Source of the DNA: Bacteroidia bacterium
GTDB lineage: Bacteria > Bacteroidota > Bacteroidia > NS11-12g > UBA9320
Length of the DNA: 62,365 bases
Direction of reading: 5' to 3'
Assembly (NCBI GenBank): GCA_047620825.1
Contig: JBLHOC010000001.1
Coordinates: 1 to 62,365 of the forward strand
Part shown: positions 8,551-15,557 of the stretch, piece after piece
Layout of the letters: every line of letters begins with the position of its first letter
Numbering within the stretch: the first letter of the stretch is position 1
Translations under genes and position numbers: made by a program
Notes under the pieces: generated by a model
Seen by the model: only the letters and a program-made list of their open reading frames with translations
Databases searched by the model: none
Told to the model about the DNA's origin: nothing

Positions 8551-10959
8551 ATGACTCAAGTGACCGAAAAAGCAAATATCAGTAAAACAGAATTTCTTCA
8601 AGAAATCATCAACGATTATAAAATCGCATTCAGAAGTCGACAAGCAAGCTTGTTGGGGCGGAAAGAAGTGCTTACTGGTAAGGCTAAATTTGGCATTTTC
8701 GGGGATGGTAAGGAAGTCGCACAATTGGCCATGGCCAAGGCGTTCGAAAAAGGAGACTTCAGGTCTGGATACTATCGTGACCAGACTTTCATGTTTGCTA
8801 AAGGCATGAGTTCTGAACAAGAGTTTTTTGCCCAATTGTACGCCATTACAGATGTAAATGAAGAGCCAGCAAGCGCAGGTCGGAGCATGAACGGGCATTT
8901 TGGAACCCGATTGCTTAACGAAGACGGTAGTTGGAAAAGCCAAACTGAGGCATTCAACTCTTCAAGTGACATAAGCCCTACTGCAGGCCAAATGAGCAGA
9001 TTGGTTGGATTGGCTTGGGCGTCTAAGTTGTATCGAAATAACGAGCAGCTTAAAGATTTGTCTAATTTTTCTATCGATGGTAATGAGGTTGCTTTTGGTA
9101 CAATTGGAAATGCCAGCACGAGTGAAGGGGTGTTCTGGGAATCAATCAATGCAGCGGGAGTACTTCAGATACCAATGTTGGTGTCTATCTGGGATGATGC
9201 TTATGGCATATCTGTTCCAGCAAAATATCAAACGACTAAGGAAAATCTTAGCTCAATCTTAAAGGGTTTTAAAACCGATAAAGATGGTCAAGGGTATGAT
9301 TTATATACTGTAAAGGGCTGGGACTACCCCGAATTGGTAAAGACATACGCGAAAGCAGCAGCCAAATGTCGGAAAACACATGTACCTGCTATCATACACG
9401 TAACTGAAGTTACACAGCCACAAGGTCATTCGACATCCGGTTCACACGAGAGATATAAATCTAAACAACGGTTGGAGTGGGAAGTGTCATACGATTGCCT
9501 TACTCAAATGCGTGACTGGATGATTAGGTCCAACGTTATTACTGAGAAGGAACTGCAAACGTTAGAATCTGAAGCAATTGAATTTGTAAGGCAGTCAAAA
9601 GATACAGCATGGAAAGCCTATATGGAGCCCATCAATGCGGAAAAGGAAGATTGTATTCAAGTATTGCAAACGGTTGGAGAGGAAGCCGTTAACGACGATA
9701 TTTCACAATTGATTTCTGATCTAGCAAAAGACAAACAAGCCATTCGGAAAGATTTAGGGGTGACCGTATCTAAGGTTTTACGTTTAACTATAGGGGAAGA
9801 TTTGGAGAGTAAAAATGGACTCATAAATTGGTATCAGGATTATAAAAGTGCCAACTACGAGCGATATAGCAGTCACTTATATAGTGAGTCACAATGGAAT
9901 GCACTGAAGGTTAACGAAATACCAGCAGCTTACAGCGATGAGAGTCCCGTGTTGAATGGTTTTGAGATACTCCAACATTGTTTCGACGAAGCGCTTACAC
10001 GTGACAAGACTGTAGTTGCGTTCGGTGAAGATCTTGGACATATTGGTGATGTTAACCAGGGGTTTGCTGGACTTCAGGAAAAACATGGATTAAACCGTGT
10101 GATGGATACCGGTATACGGGAGAATACAATTATTGGACAAGCTGTGGGAGCCTCACTGAGGGGATTACGTCCTATCGCAGAAATTCAATACCTGGACTAC
10201 TTGATTTATGCCATTCAAATTATGAGTGATGATATTGCCACTCTTCAATACAGAACGAAAGGCGGTCAGAAGAATCCGGTGATTATTCGAACCAGAGGTC
10301 ATCGGTTAGAGGGCATTTGGCACAGTGGCTCGCCTATGTCAATGATTATCAATGCAGTTCGGGGCATGCATGTGCTTGTTCCTAGAAACATGGTGAAAGC
10401 AGCGGGGTTTTATAATACGTTGTTACTATCTGACGAACCAGCTATTGTTGTCGAGTGTTTGAATGGATACAGACTAAAAGAGAGAAAGCCAGATAATTTA
10501 GGTTCCTATACCATGCCTTTGGGCCAGGTGGAGACCTTAAAAGAAGGCACAGATGTAACGTTGGTGACCTATGGATCATGTTGCAGAATTGCTGAAGATG
10601 CAATAAAACAATTGGAAGAACATGGTGTTTCAGTTGAATTGATTGACGTGCAGTCCTTGTTACCATTTGATTTAAACAAAGACATTGTAAAATCATTAGA
10701 GAAAACCAATAAGATTGTATTCTTAGATGAAGATGTGCCTGGTGGAGCTACAGCTTATATGTTGCAACAGGTATTAGAGAAGCAAAGCGGCTACGTGCAT
10801 CTTGATGCCCAACCAAAAACGATCACTTCCAGAGCTCACAGAGCTGCGTACAGCACAGATGGTGATTATTTTTCCAAGCCGAATGCAGAGGACATATTCA
10901 AAGTAGTTTATGGTTTGATGAATGAAGATGACCCTCAGGAATATCTAGATTTTATCTAG
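8551..10959 (+). CDS. fused alpha/beta E1 component of a TPP-dependent 2-oxoacid dehydrogenase
   Basis: 802 aa. The N-terminal half resembles E1-alpha (GNASTSEGVFWESINAAGVLQIPMLVSIWDDAYGISVP). The C-terminal half resembles E1-beta/transketolase-like sequence (FGEDLGHIGDVNQGF..., RVMDTGIRENTIIGQAVG, C-terminal VELIDVQSLLPFD). Confidence 0.85.
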   Translation: MTQVTEKANISKTEFLQEIINDYKIAFRSRQASLLGRKEVLTGKAKFGIFGDGKEVAQLAMAKAFEKGDFRSGYYRDQTFMFAKGMSSEQEFFAQLYAITDVNEEPASAGRSMNGHFGTRLLNEDGSWKSQTEAFNSSSDISPTAGQMSRLVGLAWASKLYRNNEQLKDLSNFSIDGNEVAFGTIGNASTSEGVFWESINAAGVLQIPMLVSIWDDAYGISVPAKYQTTKENLSSILKGFKTDKDGQGYDLYTVKGWDYPELVKTYAKAAAKCRKTHVPAIIHVTEVTQPQGHSTSGSHERYKSKQRLEWEVSYDCLTQMRDWMIRSNVITEKELQTLESEAIEFVRQSKDTAWKAYMEPINAEKEDCIQVLQTVGEEAVNDDISQLISDLAKDKQAIRKDLGVTVSKVLRLTIGEDLESKNGLINWYQDYKSANYERYSSHLYSESQWNALKVNEIPAAYSDESPVLNGFEILQHCFDEALTRDKTVVAFGEDLGHIGDVNQGFAGLQEKHGLNRVMDTGIRENTIIGQAVGASLRGLRPIAEIQYLDYLIYAIQIMSDDIATLQYRTKGGQKNPVIIRTRGHRLEGIWHSGSPMSMIINAVRGMHVLVPRNMVKAAGFYNTLLLSDEPAIVVECLNGYRLKERKPDNLGSYTMPLGQVETLKEGTDVTLVTYGSCCRIAEDAIKQLEEHGVSVELIDVQSLLPFDLNKDIVKSLEKTNKIVFLDEDVPGGATAYMLQQVLEKQSGYVHLDAQPKTITSRAHRAAYSTDGDYFSKPNAEDIFKVVYGLMNEDDPQEYLDFI

Positions 10960-11044
10960 AACCTGTGCTTAAGTTTTCCTAAGTATGGACAGTGCAATAG
11001 CTAAAAGAAAACCCATTTGATTCATGTTTAAATTTATTTAAAGC

Positions 11045-11061
11045 AGACAAAATGTTTGTCT
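11045..11061. promoter_or_regulatory. perfect 7-3-7 inverted repeat, a candidate ArsR operator
   Basis: AGACAAA-ATG-TTTGTCT read directly. It sits just upstream of the -33-like TTG of the ars promoter candidate. Confidence 0.35.
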
Positions 11062-11066
11062 AAAGT

Positions 11067-11097
11067 TTGGTTTATACATTAACTAATCGTAATATTG
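11067..11097 (+). promoter_or_regulatory. promoter candidate for the ars operon
   Basis: TTG (11067-11069), 20-nt spacer, TAATATTG (11090-11097). The arsR ATG is at 11108. Confidence 0.35.
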
Positions 11098-11107
11098 CAA
11101 TGTACCT

Positions 11108-11440
11108 ATGGGAATCACAAAAACAGACTTATTTGATGTAGCTCAAAACGAATTGGCATCAATTGCCAAGGCTTTCGCGCACCCAGCACGAATTGCTATC
11201 ATCCAACATTTGCTTAAGGCGAATGCCTGCATCAACGGGGATTTGGTCAATGAGCTTGGTTTAGCGCAGGCTACGATTAGCCAGCATCTTAGAGAGTTAA
11301 AGGACACAGGTATTATTCAAGGTTCAATAGAAGGAACTACCATTAGCTATTGTATAAACTCAGTGCGCTGGCAACAGGTTCGAGATTTATTAAATAATTT
11401 GTTCGACCAATATTGCTGTGTTGATGACAATTGCTGTTAA
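11108..11440 (+). CDS. arsR: ArsR/SmtB-family metalloregulator with a Cys-rich C-terminal tail
   Basis: 110 aa with the HTH region LAQATISQHLRELKDTGII. The canonical ELCVCDL site reads NACINGDL. The C-terminus is QYCCVDDNCC. It is the first gene of the ars cluster. Confidence 0.85.
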   Translation: MGITKTDLFDVAQNELASIAKAFAHPARIAIIQHLLKANACINGDLVNELGLAQATISQHLRELKDTGIIQGSIEGTTISYCINSVRWQQVRDLLNNLFDQYCCVDDNCC

Positions 11441-11460
11441 ACATTAAATACTCAAGTATT

Positions 11461-11934
11461 ATGATATTATCAGATGTAAAATCAAGCTTAAAAACAATTG
11501 GAGAAGTACGTTTTAAATTGCCGAATGGCTCATATGTACCTCAACACTTTCATGTGACAGAAGTTGGAGTCATCTCAAAGAAATTTATCGATTGTGGTGG
11601 AGTGGTTAGAGATGAAAAAGTAATCAACTTTCAATTTTGGGAAGCCAACGACTTCGATCATCGCATTGCGCCCAATAAAATGTTGGATATCATCAACCTT
11701 TCTGAGCGCATCCTAAACTTGACCGATGAAAACATTGAAGTGGAGTATCAATCCAATACAATAGGAAAATACGGACTTGATTTTGATGGTAAAGATTTTG
11801 TACTCACCAACACATTTACCGACTGTTTGGCCAAAGATAATTGCGGGATTCCAACAGATAAAATTAAGATGAGCTTAGCCAGTATAGGTGAAAACGATGA
11901 ATCATGCTGCACCCCTGGTGGCGGTTGTTGTTAA
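11461..11934 (+). CDS. DUF6428-like protein, an ars-operon-associated family of unknown function, with a CCTPGGGCC tail
   Basis: The ORF is listed from 11431 (TTG). The ATG at 11461 lies 20 nt after the arsR stop. It carries a PQHFHVTEVG motif and a C-terminal DESCCTPGGGCC. The family assignment is from memory of ars-linked DUF6428 proteins. Confidence 0.6.
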   Translation: MILSDVKSSLKTIGEVRFKLPNGSYVPQHFHVTEVGVISKKFIDCGGVVRDEKVINFQFWEANDFDHRIAPNKMLDIINLSERILNLTDENIEVEYQSNTIGKYGLDFDGKDFVLTNTFTDCLAKDNCGIPTDKIKMSLASIGENDESCCTPGGGCC

Positions 11935-11949
11935 AACATAAGTAGAAAG

Positions 11950-12549
11950 ATGCAAAACGATCGATTGGCAACATACATCCAGCAACTTGACGCATCTCAC
12001 ATCCCAAAAGAAAGGGCCGTAACCCTTGATGGTATTGTTGAGAAATTATGTCTCAAAATAGAAGATGGTCAGTCAGTTAACTTAAATTTTATTTGCACAC
12101 ATAATTCTAGACGTAGCCAATTTGCACAAGTTTGGATGCAGACCTTAGCGGCGAAGTATAAAAAGAATATCATGTGTTACTCCGGAGGTGTTGAAGTGAC
12201 GACATGTAATAAAAGAACGATTGCGGCTTTAAAGGCAGTCGGGTTTCCCATTTCTGCTTCACAAGACTCCAATACCATTTACAAGGTTACATATGACGAC
12301 ACTAAACCGGTCATTGAATTGTATTCCAAATTGTACGACCATAAATCAACGCCAAGTGGATTCGTAGCCATCATGACTTGTGACCATGCTGATCAAAATT
12401 GTCCGTTTATACCTAACGCTAGTGAAAGATGGGCATTAAAGTATGTGGACCCCAAAGCATTTGATAACTCACCACGCGAGCAACAAGCTTATCTCGACAC
12501 GTCGTTGCTCATAGCCACAGAAATCAATTATATTCTATCACATTTGTAA
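11950..12549 (+). CDS. arsC: arsenate reductase of the low-molecular-weight phosphatase type (thioredoxin-coupled class)
   Basis: CX5R P-loop in [11 protein letters not shown] downstream Cys pair with ArsC-like spacing occurs in [11 protein letters not shown]. It lies between the DUF6428-like gene and acr3. Confidence 0.8.
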   Translation: MQNDRLATYIQQLDASHIPKERAVTLDGIVEKLCLKIEDGQSVNLNFICTHNSRRSQFAQVWMQTLAAKYKKNIMCYSGGVEVTTCNKRTIAALKAVGFPISASQDSNTIYKVTYDDTKPVIELYSKLYDHKSTPSGFVAIMTCDHADQNCPFIPNASERWALKYVDPKAFDNSPREQQAYLDTSLLIATEINYILSHL

Positions 12550-12554
12550 GCATT

Positions 12555-13595
12555 ATGTCGCAGAACACAAAAAAATTAAGTTTCCTCAATCAATACCTTA
12601 CGCTTTGGATATTTCTAGCCATGGCTATAGGTGTCGGAATTGGGTATTTCATACCTGAAACGGCTGGATTTGTTGACTCCTTGAGCAATGGCACCACCAA
12701 TATTCCAATTGCAATAGGCCTCATTGTAATGATGTATCCGCCGTTAGCAAAAGTGAACTATAAATTACTTCCTGCAGTATTTACAAATGTGCGGGTGTTG
12801 AGTTTATCACTCCTATTGAATTGGGTTGTCGGACCCATATTGATGTTTGCGTTGGCCCTCATATTTTTACACGACTATCCTCAATATATGGTTGGCGTTA
12901 TATTGATTGGTTTGGCACGATGTATTGCTATGGTACTGGTATGGAATGACTTAGCTGACGGAAGTAGTGAATATGGAGCCGGGCTTGTAGCACTAAATAG
13001 TGTTTTTCAAGTCTTTGGATATAGTTTTTATGCTTGGTTATTTATAACCAAACTTCCACCTCTTTTTGGATTTGAAGGTGCGCTAGTCGAAGTGTCAATA
13101 GGCACCATCGCAGAAAGTGTGGCCATTTATTTGGGCCTTCCATTTGTAGCCGGATTGGTGTCTAGAATGGTGTTGGTTAGGCGAAAGGGTGAGGACTGGT
13201 ACAACAACAAGTTTATCCCTGCCATTTCACCAATGACGCTTATAGCTTTGTTATTTACAATTCTGGTCATGTTTTCACTGAAGGGAGAACACATTGTAAA
13301 TCTACCTCTGGATGTGCTTCGTATTTCTGTACCACTCGTGTTATACTTCGTTATTATGTTTTTGATCAGTTTTGGGTTTAGCAAAATATTTGGTGCGAGC
13401 TATGCCCAGAATGCGTCCATTTCATTTACAGCCGCGGGCAATAATTTTGAATTGGCAATCGCGGTCGCAATTGCCGTATTCGGATTACACAGTAAACAAG
13501 CTTTTGCAGGGGTTATAGGACCATTAGTTGAAGTACCTGCACTCATTTTGTTGGTACGATTGTCGTTTTGGTTAAAGAAAAAATTGTATAAATAG
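12555..13595 (+). CDS. acr3: ACR3-family arsenite efflux permease
   Basis: 346 aa and polytopic. It has the conserved [13 protein letters not shown] segment with the essential Cys and the N-terminal [13 protein letters not shown] typical of Acr3. Confidence 0.9.
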   Translation: MSQNTKKLSFLNQYLTLWIFLAMAIGVGIGYFIPETAGFVDSLSNGTTNIPIAIGLIVMMYPPLAKVNYKLLPAVFTNVRVLSLSLLLNWVVGPILMFALALIFLHDYPQYMVGVILIGLARCIAMVLVWNDLADGSSEYGAGLVALNSVFQVFGYSFYAWLFITKLPPLFGFEGALVEVSIGTIAESVAIYLGLPFVAGLVSRMVLVRRKGEDWYNNKFIPAISPMTLIALLFTILVMFSLKGEHIVNLPLDVLRISVPLVLYFVIMFLISFGFSKIFGASYAQNASISFTAAGNNFELAIAVAIAVFGLHSKQAFAGVIGPLVEVPALILLVRLSFWLKKKLYK

Positions 13596-13609
13596 TTTAA
13601 ACGTTTGGT

Positions 13610-14542
13610 ATGAAAAACTTTTCAATAGCGATACACGGAGGTGCGGGAACATTGCTCAAGGGTATGATGACAGATGATCTTGAGGAACAATACAAACATG
13701 CGCTACAAGAAAGTCTGGATGCGGGATACGACATGTTGAAAAAAGGTGAATCTGCTATTCACGCAGTTGAAACCGCTGTAACTTATTTAGAAAACTCACC
13801 CCTTTTTAACGCAGGTAAAGGGAGCGTTTTTACAGCTTCAGGCAATCACGAAATGGATGCCTCAATCATGGATGGCCGTTCGAAAGACGCTGGAGCTGTG
13901 AGCCTAATTACTGGCATAAAAAACCCAATTAAACTGGCTCGTGATGTCATGGAGAAATCGGAACATGTTTTTTTAGCAGGTGAAGGTGCCATGCAATTTG
14001 CCAATTCGCTGGGATATGAGGTGTTAGATCCAGCATACTTCTATAATGAGTTACGATACAATCAATGGCTAGAAATCAAAGATTCAGATCACTTTCAATT
14101 GGACCATAGTAAATCGAAAGATTCAAAATTTGGAACCGTAGGTGCCGTGGCATGTGATGCACAAGGAAATTTAGCAGCAGCAACATCAACTGGAGGTATG
14201 ACAAATAAGCGATTTGGCCGAATAGGCGATAGTCCACTGATTGGGTCGGGGAATTATGCAAACAATAAGACTTGTGCCGTGTCTTGTACTGGTAGTGGGG
14301 AGTATTTTATACGTGGCGTGGTTGCCTACGAAGTCAGTGCGTTAATGGAGTTTAAGGGATTGAATGTGCATGATGCCGCGAGCGAAGTGATTCATAAAAG
14401 GATATTAGAAATTGGAGGAGACGGTGGGTTAATATCTGTTGACAACCAGGGTGTTATATCAATGCCGTTTAATACGGAAGGTATGTATAGAGGTCAGAAA
14501 TCCTCAAACGGTTTATCTCAAGTTTTGATTTATAAGGACTAA
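13610..14542 (+). CDS. iaaA: isoaspartyl dipeptidase / plant-type asparaginase (Ntn hydrolase)
   Basis: IAIHGGAG N-terminus. The autoprocessing site is in KFGTVGAVACD (nucleophile Thr). GGMTNKRFGRIGDSPLIGSG is also present. It starts 14 nt after the acr3 stop. Confidence 0.85.
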   Translation: MKNFSIAIHGGAGTLLKGMMTDDLEEQYKHALQESLDAGYDMLKKGESAIHAVETAVTYLENSPLFNAGKGSVFTASGNHEMDASIMDGRSKDAGAVSLITGIKNPIKLARDVMEKSEHVFLAGEGAMQFANSLGYEVLDPAYFYNELRYNQWLEIKDSDHFQLDHSKSKDSKFGTVGAVACDAQGNLAAATSTGGMTNKRFGRIGDSPLIGSGNYANNKTCAVSCTGSGEYFIRGVVAYEVSALMEFKGLNVHDAASEVIHKRILEIGGDGGLISVDNQGVISMPFNTEGMYRGQKSSNGLSQVLIYKD

Positions 14543-14544
14543 GC

Positions 14545-15408
14545 CTAATCAAATTCAAACGGCGCGTCAATTGGCAATACTGTAACTTTTCGCTCCGCTA
14601 AGGAATAGTGGTCTGAATTAGATAAGACGTGAACCTTTAAATCAGTTATAGTCATCGGAGTACCCGGAGCAAGAATATTTTCGTTGTTGTGCACCAAACT
14701 TCGTCCATCAAAAACAATCACCATACCAGATCCAATGACCTTCATGTCGTTTCCGTTTTTGATCACTAGTCCAGTGTCTTCAGCCAAGCCAAAACCAACC
14801 AAAGTGGGGTACTTAGCCACGGCTTCACATATTCTTCCAAATCGACCTCGCATTATGAAATGAGTGTCAATCATTATTTCGGGCATTAACCCTAAACCGT
14901 GATACATAATAACAGCACCTTTAATGAACGCTTCCGTGCTACTCCCGCCGGCAATCATATGGCTCGACATGGCCATCGCACCAGCACTAGTACCGGCGAT
15001 TACAAAGGATTCGTCATTTTGATATCGCTCCATCATGATTTGATGAATTGTGGTACCCTCAATTTTTTTAGTGATTTTAGATTGATCTCCTCCAGAAAAC
15101 ATCACACAGTCAGCTGCTTTGATTAAGTCAACAGCCCTCGACGATTCGGAATCTTCTCTAGACCTTATGTCTAATATTTCAATATCGGTACAACCAAGTA
15201 TACCAAATGCATCTAGATAGTTTTTAGCTACTTCTTCGGGAACACTAGATGCTGTCGGGATAACAATAATTTTAGAGTCAGGTCCACCACTCTCTCTCAC
15301 AACATGTGATAAAATGCCCTTTTTAATAAATTCGAACGATATATTTTCGTCTGTTTCTTCCCCTTTATTCTCATTCCCACCAATCGGAATTAACGTACCC
15401 TTAATCAT
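14545..15408 (-). CDS. cphB: cyanophycinase (peptidase S51), with no signal peptide
   Basis: N-terminal LIPIGGNENKG, FSGGDQSKI, and the catalytic-serine motif GTSAGAMAMS. It is divergent from cphA. Confidence 0.85.
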   Translation of the reverse strand: MIKGTLIPIGGNENKGEETDENISFEFIKKGILSHVVRESGGPDSKIIVIPTASSVPEEVAKNYLDAFGILGCTDIEILDIRSREDSESSRAVDLIKAADCVMFSGGDQSKITKKIEGTTIHQIMMERYQNDESFVIAGTSAGAMAMSSHMIAGGSSTEAFIKGAVIMYHGLGLMPEIMIDTHFIMRGRFGRICEAVAKYPTLVGFGLAEDTGLVIKNGNDMKVIGSGMVIVFDGRSLVHNNENILAPGTPMTITDLKVHVLSNSDHYSLAERKVTVLPIDAPFEFD

Positions 15409-15557
15409 CCAGCAAATTTGTATATAATTGAAAGTATTATTTCATTAATTGTTAAAAAAGTTATTATTGTATAAGTGGCTTGTCAAATCGCAACGTCTGC
15501 GGCAGTGATAAGCATTCTGTAGAACACGTTTACCTTAATTAGAAAGATCGGAAGAAT

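Noticed and set aside
8500-8943. 147-aa ORF antisense to the 5' part of the E1 dehydrogenase gene
   Set aside because: It overlaps a well-supported CDS and its promoter region. It has no recognisable domain and is likely spurious.
11108-13595. ars operon considered as a mobile genomic island
   Set aside because: I found no integrase, transposase, tRNA target or flanking direct or inverted repeats. Its base composition does not look different from its surroundings by eye, although I did not compute it.
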